Source: Raillietiella orientalis (lineage: Eukaryota). From it: a DNA stretch of 64,000 nucleotides. The DNA lies in NCBI GenBank assembly GCA_036172245.1, contig JAYWIR010000008.1:3596001-3660000 (forward strand), in the 5' to 3' direction. Position 1 is the stretch's first letter. Every line of letters starts with the position of its first letter. The position numbers were made by a program, and so were the translations under genes. The notes beneath the pieces are model-generated. The model searched no databases. It had not been told where the DNA came from and was given only the letters and a program-made list of their open reading frames with translations. Below are positions 38,101-49,600 of this stretch, piece by piece.

Positions 38101-41100
38101 AAAAGTTGCTGCAAGTGCTGCTGTATGGAGTCATTATTGTTGCCGCGATCTTAGTGGTCGTCGTGTACTTTATAATGACCTCGAAAAAGGCGTCCGAGGT
38201 GGACCTGCAGCAGGCAAACGTGGACTTCACGCTCGACGTGTACCAGGTGGGTAAGATTGGCAGCAATGGCGACCTTTCGGCCGCCCTGCCCTCGCACCGA
38301 AAGCACGAACTTGCCTACGTCTGTTCCAGAAGCTGCTCGCCGTCAGCAAGGATAAGAACCTGTTCGTGTCGCCGTTCAGCATCTCGGCAGCCGTCTCCAT
38401 GGTGATGAAAGGGGCGAAGCAGGAGACCGCAGAACAGCTGCAGAAAGTGCTCCATGTTTCTGATGAAAGTTCCTTCCACGAGGCATTAGGGAAGCTGCTC
38501 GGGGACATCAAAGTTAGTGGTGGCTCTTCCTCCTCCCCTTTTTCGGATCCCCGCTCGCCCCTTTTTCCTCCTGTCCTGCGGCAGCTTACGGGGGAAAGGG
38601 GGCGGGCAAGAAGCGGCTGCTCCTTGTCACTGTGACGGGAAGCCGCCGCTGCCGTGCTCTCCCTCCCTCGCAGCGAGGCCGGGAAAGATCGGCGGACGCA
38701 TTGCGACTCGTCTGCGTTTTCTTTCGTTCCATTCTCCCCCTCCCCCCCTTCCCTCCTCCTCCTAAGTCTCTTCGCGCGGTTCCGCTTCTTCCTTTGACAC
38801 CTGCGGAATTTGCTGGACTGCGGATCTTTGAGCGACGACGGGATGCACAGATCCGGGTCGCCGGGGGAATCCACGGCCTCGAGCAGTTTCGTTTCTCGTG
38901 ACCCCTCCGCGGCGGCGGCCGCCTCCGGCTTTCCGCCGGGAATTGTCTGGAAGGGCTCGAACGAGCTTTTCAAGGGGCAAAGAAAACAGCACGGAGTGCG
39001 ACGTCGGGCCGGCCGGTCCCAGCACGATCGCGCGAAAGGCGTGGAGAAACGACAGACGGACCGCCCCGGTCCGTCCGTCATTTCCCGAGGGCTCGCCCTT
39101 CGGAGGGCGGGCGGGCCAGGTGCCAGGCAGCCCGGTCTCTCACTGTCTGACCTTCGACGGGCCCCGTCGCCTCCGCGAGCTGCCCGCGCCCTTTCAGCGG
39201 GTCGCTGCGGGAGCGAACCCGCCGAACGTGGCAACCGTGTTCAAGGCCGGACTCTTCGGATTCGCTCCCGTTTACTTCCTGCCGCCGCTCGAGAGATGCT
39301 GGAGAGCGTTTTTGACTCGCGGGCTGACCGTCCCGGTCGGTTCGGGCGGGGCGGGACTGCATGGAAGCGAGTCGGGGATGACCGCCATTCAGTGGCACCC
39401 TCCGGGCAAGAGAAGACCGCGGTGTCCCCCTCCCCTTCCGGCGTTCATCACGGACTCGGACTCGCCTCGGCGGACTAGGATGAGGGGAGGAAGCACCCGG
39501 GGACGGGACGAGAGTCGCGGGTCTCGAGACTCGGGGAACACACCGTTTCCGTGGCGACGGCAACCTCTCTCGAGTCGCGCGGGAGCGGAGCGGGCGATTC
39601 TTGCGTGCCGCTCGCGAGGCGCGTTCGCAGTTCGCTGTCGTCGTCACCTCGCGGGCGAAAACGCGCCGCCGACGGGGCGAGGAGTTTGCGCGTTTCGCCA
39701 TCCTCCCGTCCGCATCCGAACGACTCGTCTCCGTAGGCAGGTCAAGTGACGGAGGGATGACGGTCGTCTCCCGCCCTCCCTGCGCGTCGGCCCGCGTTGG
39801 CGGCCGTGCGGTCGCGATCTCCTCGCGCGGAAGCACCGAGCGCCGCGGGTTGGAATCCCGCCCTGGAAGGGATGGACGCCGAAGTGGGGGGATGCGTCGT
39901 GGGCTTCGAGTCCTCCACCCCTGCAGGATGGCGCTGGTTGGCCCCAGTTGGCTTCGGGTGCAGTAGTGGTGGAAGCCCCAGGATATCCCCGTTGACTGTC
40001 CGGGATTGGGAGTTGACCCTCCGGTGTCCTTCCAGAAATCAAGAAGGCCTTCGGGGTTCCCTTTCCGTTTGTGAAAAGGGAGTCCTTCATCGCGTACCAT
40101 GGAGCTGGTTGATACCTCCCTCGGGAGGTCGCCTCTCCGGAGTGCCAAAAGCGCGCTGCGCCCTACGGGAAGCGTCCTTCAGGGAAATCTGGAAGCGTCC
40201 CTTCGGAGTTCTCTTCAGAGGAAAAGGAAACAGGGAGCGGTTCCCTTGCGGGTTCCCTCCAGAGAAGAAATTCCAGAAGCGACCTCTCCGGGGGATCCTT
40301 CCGGAGAGAATAAAGGAGAGGTGGTTCCCTCCGGGAGAGAGGAACGGACTCCTCCCTCCGGAACCCATCCTGGATTCATGGGGTGGTCCCTCCGGGGTTT
40401 CCCCCCCCTAACTTGAAGAGTTCCGCGCACCCTCGGGTGGCACGGACAGCGTCAAAGAATTCACCCCCTCCTCCTTCCTCCCAAGAGGGCGACCCGGTTC
40501 TTCAGCACTCCTTGAGAACCAAAAAAAAGAAGAAAAAGAAAGGAAAACCCGAAAAGCAAAAAAAAAAAGCTGGAAAAAAGATGAAAGGAAGAGAACCCAA
40601 AAAGGGTTTTCCATCATCCTGGGTGGTGGTGGTGAGTTTCTGCTACGTGCACTTCGCGCCACGCCCCGGTCCGCTGGCCCATTGCGTCCTCATGTTCGTG
40701 GCGAACGAAAACGCCACCCTCGAGGGCGCTTCGTCTGCGCTCCGGATCTGTCGGAACAGCCCCTGCGAGGCCACCGTTCCGGAGCCCAAGAAGGTCATTA
40801 TCTTCATTTGTGGAGCGCACCGTCTGTTGGAAAGTCCACTCCGGAGGGCTCGCGACGAAAGCCCCCGGGGACTTTTCATCCCGAACTCTCCGACGGTCGC
40901 GAGGGACACGGTGCGATCGCGGAGGTCGAACGTGGGGGAGCCGCAGCGGGAAAGCCGCCACCGGCGCGGGGAAGAGCCGTGGGGCTGAGCGACCGGTGTC
41001 CGGTGCCGCGGCCTCTTCTTCGTGTCCAGCACGGGACGCCGTTGGCCGCGCGCGATTCCCTCCCTCTCCGAACCGACGGTTTCGATAGAAAAATCGCTCC

Positions 41101-44100
41101 TCGTTTCCCGCACCGTCACGTGCCGGCGGCGGCGGAGGGCAACTTGTAAGGGGAGGGCTCGGCCGCCTCCCGAGCCTGCACGGATCATCCTGCGCAGCAG
41201 CAGCAGCAGCAGAGCATAAAATTCGTTCCCGTCGCTCCCGCCCAAGCTTCGCGTTCCCGTAGGGTAGCAGCAGATGCGCAGGAAGACCCGGTTCGCCCGG
41301 AGCGCCCCTTCCACGTCTCTGGTTGTTCCCGTCATCTCTGGATCCGAGGCGCTGATCTCCTGCAGAAGGGCGATTGTTTTCTCTCGTTCGCCAACCGGGT
41401 CCCTCCGCCGCCACACATCTGTTGGCTTCCTCCCGGTGCATCACGTGTTTGCGCTGCTGCGGATCGGAAAGAGCTCTGCGTCGCCTGGGAGATGCTCACG
41501 GCGTATTTCAAGGATGCCCCCTCTCCGACCAGCTGCGTGTTCCTTCCGTCATCATTTCACTTGGCAGAGAGAGACTTCGTTAATGACTCGGGGACTCCTG
41601 TGATTACTTTGCATTTCACGAAAAGCTCCTCCTGTGCGCGCCACTCGTCGACACCGCGCGCGCGCAGGGTCACCTAGGAGCATTCTCGCCGTCCGGCCTC
41701 GCGAGGACGAGGCCGGCCGCCCTATGGTCACCGGTTGGTTCGATCTCGAAAGGAGGCGGTGGCCTTCCTGGAAGGGGGAGAGGGAAAGCGGCGCGCGGGA
41801 AGGAATTCTTCCGGTCCGTCGTCGCAAATCACGCAGCTGGGGAGACGCGATGCGCACGCGGTCTCGTCTTGTCCATGTGGCTTTCGCGCATCACCTCGCG
41901 TTGGGACTTCTGGAAACGGTCGCCCGCTCCTCCTCCTCCGGGCCAGCAGCAGACCTTGTCTCCCAAGGAGACGAGCCGGAAAGTCCTACGCATCGGCACG
42001 CCCTCTCTAGCCTTGCTCCATGCGCGCTCGGCTCCTGCTTCTTCCCGATCGTTATGTGCCCGACTGGCGACTCTTCCTCCAGATCCGTTCCATGTAATAT
42101 TCATGCGTCCCCACACAGATGGTGTTCTTTCTCCCGTTGCTGCTGGCAACCTTTCGCATTTGAGACTCAGCTGTTTCCCGGCTCGTTTTGTTTGTTTGGT
42201 TGGGGAATTGCAAGTGGGTTGCCCGTTCGGTTACTCATGCTCAAACTGAGCAGGCTTCAAGACTGGAAGGTGTCCGTGGCAACCGAAGAGGGTGTCCAGC
42301 TCTTCTCCTCGAAACCAGGCTCTTATTTACGAAAAGACGAACCCTGCGATGCGACAGGTGCCGCACGCCAAGTGCACCTCGAGAAGCCGTCGCGGTTTCC
42401 GGCGAGCTTTTCCGGAAAGCAAAGAATAAAGCAAAGCCGAACGGTTTCCCGGTCCATCCGCTGCTGGGTCCGCTGCACCGCTCCTCCCTCCCCCGGATCC
42501 GCAGCCTCCCGTTCGTCACCGTTTCTCGCGGTCCCCCGACCGGTTCCTGTTGCGGAGTCTTCCGCTCCCACACGTGCCGCAGTGTCGAACGCCCACTTCC
42601 CTGAGGCTACCTGATCCTCGTTTCCTACCGAGTGCATCCAAGGAAACAACCGACACCGGATATCTCGGAATTCCTGCCTCCCTCGGGTTTTCAAGGTCCC
42701 TTCTTGGCTTCAAGATAAGTCACTCACTTTCCCGGACGGCCAGTCGTCCGATCAGAGCTCCATTCTTCCCCGCGCGACCGTCCTTACATCTTGGGGCATC
42801 GTTAGAACAAAACGGAAGTGTCCATTCGGACTGGACACTACGAATGTGCTTTTTTTTTTTTTTCTTCACTAGCGTTGATCGTCTGGTTGATCACATCCCG
42901 TGCCCCACAGCGACACGCATCCTCGCGGCGCATGGGTGAGGAGATATTCCCGTGCCACTGCTACCGCGACCGATTGGCTACTTCGCCCCCCGCCGCCTGA
43001 ATCTTTTCACCTTCCATTTATCCACGCAGCTTCCTTGCTTTCACGTGATGCAAAATCTCCGTTCCACCCAGGACGTCCAGCGAAACCCGCGTTCTCCCTG
43101 CTACGAGCCGACGCCGTGTCTTCCTGAAGGATCGCTTCCTTTCGCGTTCGTCCTTTGCCCATTCTATTGCTGTACTTTTTCTGTTCTGCTGCGGCTGGCC
43201 CTCTCGCTGCTGCTCTTCGGAACACTTTTCGAAAATTGCATCGCGTAATTTCGTGGCACGCATGTTAGCAAAATTTCAAATAACTACCAATTCCATTTTC
43301 TATATGATTTAAATTGAATACTACGATGCTCAGTGGAATAGGCGCTTGGTTCTCTTTCATCTCCGTACTGATTCTTCCACATTGAGCGACCGACCGACTT
43401 TATTCCGATCAGCACTCCTTAAAAGTGCTGTACAGAAATTTGTATATATATATATATATGTATGTATGTATATTTTTTGCAGTCAGCAAAAAATCTGACC
43501 CTGGAAATGGCCAATAACTTATATCTTGATGCTCGACTGGAACTCCTGGATGACTACCGCGAGTTCGTCAAGGAGAAATACCAAGCTCTTGTAGAGAATG
43601 TGAATTTTTCTTCGGATGCCAACGCAGCTAGAGAGTACATCAATCATCAAGTTGCAAACGCTACGTATGGAAAAATAAAAGATCTGCTTCCACCAGGTAC
43701 CTGTTTCACCTTTTCCATAGGATGATTGATATAAACCTCACCCTTCGTCGTAAGATATAGGCAAAGGGTGTCGTCAGGAAGGTGTGCCGCATCTTCCTTA
43801 AATTAACTGTTGTGGTGCATTGCCATGCTCCAGAGTTTTCCCCCTAATTTCATGGTAGCGATTTCTAAGTTTTCTTCATAGAAAAACGGCCTCGCAGCTT
43901 TCTCTTTTTCAAGGCTGCTCATGCACTTACATGACTGCTTAGCACTTTTCAGAATGCATTCATAATACAAACGTTATTTTTTTTGTGTGTGGCAGATGCG
44001 GTGGGTCATGATACGGAACTTGTCATAGTAAGCGCCATTTATTTCAACAGTACATGGAAGATAAAATTTGATACTGCTGCTACCACCAACCAAAATTTCC

Positions 44101-44820
44101 ATGTGAACAGTAAATTTCAAACCACCGTGCCTATGATGTCTCTCAAGGAAACCTTGGAAGTAACTGACGTTGATGCCCTCAATGCAACCGCTCTTTTACT
44201 TCCATATAATGTAATCACCGATAGTATGCAACAAGTGACTTGATCCCGGCTTTCAGAATACAGATTTTAGTTTTTTACTGCTGCTTCCGAAAGAAATCGA
44301 TGGTTTGCACCATGTTCAGGAAAAACTGGATTACAGCCTGTATCAGAAAATTTTGGATAGCATGGAGAAAAAATCAGTTCACCTTTTGTTGCCGCGTTTC
44401 AAGATGCAAGAGACTGTGGACCTGGGCCAAACACTGCAAAGCGTGAGATCAATAATTTGCAGTGCAATTCAAAGTAATCCACTGCAGCTAGGTGCTGAGA
44501 AACTTTTCTCCAAAGATGCGGATTTGTCAGGGATTTCCGCCAACAGACGCTTGAAAGCATCAAAAGCTCTGCACAAGGCATACGTGGAAGTCAATGAGCG
44601 TGGAACAGAAGCGGCAGCTGCCACCGGTAAAGATCTGTGCTGATCCGTTCGTGCACATCTATTTATTGCTTTAGGACTTGTTCTCAGTTTGCGAAGTTCT
44701 CTGGATACTGGTACAATCGTAGTGAAAGCAGATCATCCTTTCTTGTTTGCTATCGTGGAAAGAAAATCAGGCATCATTCTGTTCTTTGGCCAAGTGTACA
44801 ATCCCAGTTCATCAGCCTGA
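38101..44820 (+). CDS. Serpin, inhibitory type (P1-P1' Arg-Ser), with N-terminal hydrophobic anchor or signal
   Basis: Exons 38101-38246, 38330-38512, 43483-43696, 43996-44210, 44257-44442, 44488-44626, 44675-44820; a possible first exon is 37843-38014. Serpin motifs: NLFVSPFSIS, TYGKIKDLL, SAIYFNSTWKIKF, VPMM, LPRFK, HKAYVEVNERGTEAAAATG, ADHPFLFAI, ILFFGQVYNP. AATAAA at 45048-45053. Confidence 0.95.
39790..40460 (+). mobile_element. SINE-like dispersed repeat, copy 2 (most complete; in serpin intron)
   Basis: A-box-like TGGCGGCCGTGCGG (39798-39811) and B-box-like GGGTTGGAATCCC (39847-39859). Body shared with 20960-21560 and 49316-49600. A-rich run at 40521-40568. Confidence 0.7.
41500..43250 (+). 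mobile_element. Possible decayed LINE RT region in the long serpin intron
   Basis: GYLGIP (KYLGIP) near 42.66 kb, preceded by weak RT-like segments. Frame-broken. Confidence 0.3.
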
Positions 44821-45396
44821 ATGCTGAGCAAAATTCACTTTGGGACTAGTCATGTCGTTCACAAACGCAGTTGAATATAGTGTGTCGATTTGAGCTTGTG
44901 AAGCTGCATTTACGAGGGGTTTCACTGAGATGCCTGTTTCATGTAAAACTCAAAAGATACCTTTTTTTTTTGTACCACCCACAGTTTGGAGAATATTTTG
45001 CTGTACAATACGAGATTTTGAAACACTTGATTTTTAAGAATGTCTCCAATAAAGTTATCTCAAGTTTCATTAAATGTAATCACTAGTGCTTATGTAGACC
45101 TGAATGCCAACCATCTGCCAGATCTATGGTTCCAACGAATTTCTGTGTTTGTATGTTAAAGACGCACAAATAAGACATCATCAATTCCCCAGATGAACTG
45201 TTTCTGATTCTAAAGCAGTACGTGGAGTTCGATTTTTCAGTGCTATGAACTTGACTGTACAATGCATGTGACTGGCAACCATGATCATCATGGACACCAT
45301 CGATAAAAAAAAAAAGTTTGCTGAAAATTATGACGAATTAATGAATGATTAAATTCTGAAATTAGCTTCATGTTGGATTATTTTGGTACCTGGGCA

Positions 45397-46020
45397 TCAA
45401 AAATAACATGCGATGGCCTTTTCAAAATAACTCATGTAAAAATGTCTGCAAGTGTCCGTGCAGCAAGGACATGCAGGAACGGCGGAAAGAATGTTGCAGG
45501 TTTCCCGAATTCCCTTGGAGCGTGAAGTACCCAGAGTGCGGTCTGGGGCATCATCTTGCACGAATAAGCTCCTCAGGTAACGTATCCCCGACTTGAAAAA
45601 CCACGGTTCTGATTGCCATTGCATTACAGAATACCGAGTACGCACCACCTAATTCATCACGTGCTCACGTCTGAGCACGTGCGTGTGATGGGTCGGGTGA
45701 GTTGCGTATTCACTGTGTGTGCTTTCCACATTAAAACACCGACCGCCACTGAGAACAGCACATGGCTGTTCTCAGTGGCATGCTAGGCAAAAGCGAACTC
45801 ATTATTTCAAGTTCAAAGCAAATACCCATATTATCCGGGCGTCCATGTTTTAAAGTAACATAACGAGTGTACACGGACACTTTGAAACAAATGGAAAACG
45901 AGGAAAAATTTGGGCGTAGGCCGGTGACTTCTAAACATGTAATGTGCAGCCAGTTGCAGTGAAACCAGGGTCCTCGAGCAAGACCCTCCACAAAACGATT
46001 ACGACCTGTGTGAAACATTT
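45397..46020 (-). mobile_element. Possible LINE ORF1 (gag-like) relic
   Basis: FKSGIRYLR...VPACPCC resembles the (T/S)G.R...G.P..C..C segment of L1/Tx1 ORF1. Similar segments occur at ~31.4 kb and ~60.35 kb. Confidence 0.3.
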
Positions 46021-47388
46021 TTTGCTTTGCAAGATGAGAAGGATTTTAATGTAATTCATTAACTCTTGATTTGCGAGTCTTATACACGAGTTCGACAATC
46101 TCTCTCTAGCAGTGCTGGGCTATCACAACACTTGATGAATGCTTCAGCTTTACCTAATGGAATTCACTTGGTTGCCAGTCCACGTGATGCATTAGAAGAT
46201 CGAGTCAAATGTCAAATAAACGCCAATGAACTTCAACGCACAAAACAGTGCACTACTCACACATGACTGACACGAATGAACATGCACATGTTGATGGTTG
46301 CTATACTTCGAAATACTGAATACTTACTGCATCCACAAAACATCAAGAAGCACAGTAAGCAAGCAGTCACTTATTTATGCATCCAGTTACCTGAGCAACA
46401 AAATGCAAGGAAAATTCTAAATAACAACGCAAGAAACTTCAGAAGACATAGAAATTCATCACGACCAACAAACCTGGATGTAATAGCAAACAAAAACTCT
46501 CCCATATGCCATTTTTCTTTGTTTCCTTCAATAACCATCCCATGCCAGGGTTGCACATGCATGCATAAAATCTGAACAATCTTTTCCTATCTGATCTCAA
46601 CATAATTTCAATCTACAACAACATTCAGGAAATTTTGATTAGCAAAAGGGGGTAAAAAACTAAAGTGAAGTGATACAACTGATGTTTTTCAAAACTAAAG
46701 GATGCTGATTCTCGTGATTACAAATGTTTTGTTTCATGCTCTCTGATGTACTTGAGGCTCCTTTGGAAAATTCCTGTAATAAAACTTTGAGAAATGAAAT
46801 AAGATTTTAAAACTGAATCTATCCGTTTTTTCAAAAAAAAAAAAAATATATATTACTACACTTCTGAAATATTACATACAACAGTGCACAAGAAAACAAC
46901 CACATTTTATTATTCCACAGGGCACATTCCTGAAACATGGAGGGAAAATCATGAACCATGGCAGACTTACAGTGCATGCTAAACTCATTTTACCAGAGTA
47001 CATGATAATAACATATAACACATAAACATCAATATGCATCCAAGAGAAAGGCCAGAATGACATGAGAAAACATGTATGAAGACTTCAATTCTGTAATAAG
47101 TTTAAATGACTGGTAACAAAATCAAAATTGATTTGAAGACAGTTTATATTTTATGGAGTTCAACCAGAACTGTTTATAGTAAGACAGTTGAAGCTTTGCT
47201 GAATACGCAAAATCAAAAATTTTTGAAAACTAGTCACCTAATGCTGCACACCACAGATGATGCCATAATGCAGGAAGATACTACCTTTGTATTATTTTCC
47301 AATGTCTAATCAGATTGCATTCTAACAAGCAGATCCTTTGAAACAAAGGCAAATAAAAGTACAATGAGAATATGAGCCATTGAATGTT

Positions 47389-48198
47389 TTATTGCAGAGC
47401 CTTTATCAATTCCACATCATCACCATATGTTGGTTCAGTTGACTGTTGACAAAATGCATCTCCTGTCACATCTGCTGTTAAGAATCCATGAACCGATAAA
47501 TTATTGAAACTATTTGTACATTGCAGAGATTCAGGAAATGGGAATTCAATGGAAAATTCATTACTAGAAACAATGTAGGAATAAAACCGCGATAGTTCAT
47601 GTGGCATGGTGTCATTCAAAATACACTGAATACTATTGCCAATAATCATACAATTGAACAAATCTTTGGACCAATTTTTCCAAAGTAAATTGTTCAATAA
47701 AGCCTTTCCGCAATGAGGCATGTAAAAAAGTGTCAAATCATGAGCTTTTCTTTTTCCTTCTTCATTTTCATGAATAACAACAAATTCAAGTTCCTCTAGA
47801 ATTTTAATATGCTCAATGGAAAACAATGGATCATAAATTTCAACTGGTGTATTCATCTGTTTCTTTAAATACAAAAGAAGGGCTAATTGCTCCTGCGAAG
47901 AATATGAGCTAAAAAAATCTCCAAGACCATAGCAAATTATCTCTTTAAAGCATGCAGTACTTTCATGCTTACAATGCTTGAGCACATGATTCATTGCACA
48001 AATAACAAGTTGCCCAACTTGGTCATATGCGACTGTTGATTTTTCCAATATCTGATGCAGTTTTGTTTCTAAACATTCAAAATTTAGATGTTGGTTACCG
48101 TCACTTAAATTAAGCATCCTAAGGTCGGTGATTAAACCGGGCCTCTTAATTTTTTTCTTCCTTCTCTTATAGATTACAGCCTTGAACCCTTCATCCAT
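47389..48198 (-). CDS. SRRD: SRR1-like protein (SRR1 domain), 269 aa, single coding exon
   Basis: Uninterrupted ORF in AT-rich DNA with SRR1 family motifs ICYGLG.F, QLALLLYL, YDPLFS, ENEEGKR, TLFYMPHCGKAL.NNLLWKNWS, IIGNS. Confidence 0.93.
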   Translation of the reverse strand: MDEGFKAVIYKRRKKKIKRPGLITDLRMLNLSDGNQHLNFECLETKLHQILEKSTVAYDQVGQLVICAMNHVLKHCKHESTACFKEIICYGLGDFFSSYSSQEQLALLLYLKKQMNTPVEIYDPLFSIEHIKILEELEFVVIHENEEGKRKAHDLTLFYMPHCGKALLNNLLWKNWSKDLFNCMIIGNSIQCILNDTMPHELSRFYSYIVSSNEFSIEFPFPESLQCTNSFNNLSVHGFLTADVTGDAFCQQSTEPTYGDDVELIKALQ

Positions 48199-48399
48199 TG
48201 ATATATCAATTATGATTCTACGGCATTCACAGAGTTTGAAACAAGTTGCTGATTAAAAGTTCATTTGCAAGTTAGCTTGAGGGATTTTAAAACAATAAGC
48301 GTCGGTGATTGATTGACTCTGTGTAAGTACGTTCTTAATTGGTTTAAAGTAAGCTCATCGATAACAAACTGTTAAAAATTTCCTCAGAAAAACTTCATG

Positions 48400-49315
48400 A
48401 ACTGAAAACGGCGGGAAACGTGCGAGACATCACAGACCAAGCAAAAAAGAATTCGGGGTCAAACAGAGCAAAAGCTGCACTATCCTACGTGTAAAAGCAC
48501 GGAAGCAAGTTACAACCAGGATGAATGCTCGAGGTTTGATCTTCCTCGCTCTGCATCACCTTCCCTGCACTTGGAAACAGTGATGATCAGCACACTGCAT
48601 CATGAGATAGCACAGGACGTACGCTCACTCACGCAAACACTTTGTACACACCCGTGCAGGCCCACGGCATGGGAACCGAACTCACTTCCCTCCTGCAGGG
48701 TTCCCAGGCGCCCTCCACCACCGCCACCTCGCGAAGGGTCGCGGGAGACCCCCCTGGTCTTCGGAAACTTGCTGGAGGCTACGACTCTGGGGACGAGCGA
48801 TGCAGCGAGCCTTCGATTCACAAAGCCCGGCTTTTGTTCTGTGCAGGCGTTTCCTCTTAGGTCACGCAAATGCATTCCCGTTTCACCGGTGCGACCGTCA
48901 GCTTGGTCTTGCTCGACATGTCGTTGCTGGAGCATGACCAATGGACACAGGAGACAGAGACACGCTTTCTTTAAGGGAGCAGTTGAATTCGTAGAAGACC
49001 GATCAGAACAATTATGGGGGGGGGGGAGAAGCAGAAAGGAAACCTCGGTATTTTTTTTAGCCCAGCTGGATCAGATTTCCACGTGTCCTATTTCCATTCA
49101 TAGTTTGTTTTTTTCAAAGAGAAAACGTATGGTGTGTTTATACACCAAGTTCATCCTTTTTAAAAGTTGTGAAAATATCCAATACGGCGATAAGAATTCA
49201 TTTAAATTTGTCGTGTCACGGGGCTGCACAAGTATTCGCAGGCGGAAGCCCTGGCCAAGATGCTTCAAGCAACCGGTAACGTCCCTTGTTACAATCCCAT
49301 GGTTAGGACGAGCTA
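48400..49315 (-). mobile_element. Decayed L1/Tx1-like LINE RT region, interrupted by the SINE-like repeat
   Basis: In order: IVTRDVTGCLKHLGQG..EFLSPYW (IT.EEV..ALK.L..GKSPG..EFY..FW), EQKPGFVNRR (DQ.GFV.GR), SSIHPGCNLLPCFY (RG.RQGCPLSP.LF). Confidence 0.5.
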
Positions 49316-49600
49316 GGAAGCGTCCCTTCGGGGTTCTCTTCAGAGGGGCAACAAGGAGCGGATCCTTTCCGTAGCGAAAGGAAGGAGGAAAAGAAAACGA
49401 GGCGACCCCCTCCGGGGGGTTCCTCTGGAGAGAATGAGGAAGAGGTGGTTCGCTTCGGGGTTCCCTGCCTAACGTGAGAGGAACGGACTCCCTTCCTCCG
49501 GAGCCCTTCCTGGATTCATAGGGCGGCTCCCTCACGGGTGGCCCCTTATCTTGAAGAGTTGACACGCACTCTCGGGTGGCGTGGAACAGCGTGAAAAAGC
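49316..49600 (+). mobile_element. SINE-like dispersed repeat, copy 3 (5'-truncated)
   Basis: ggaagcgtcccttcgg.gttctcttcagagg, gagaggaacggactcc, cctggattcat, cttgaagagtt and ctcgggtggc are colinear with 40191-40455. Confidence 0.75.

Noticed and set aside
39790..39870. Possible tRNA gene
   Set aside because: Boxes are degenerate, I find no cloverleaf, and the sequence continues into a dispersed repeat body.
48571..49374. 267-aa plus-strand ORF
   Set aside because: No recognisable protein; it is antisense to LINE RT relics and runs into the SINE-like repeat.
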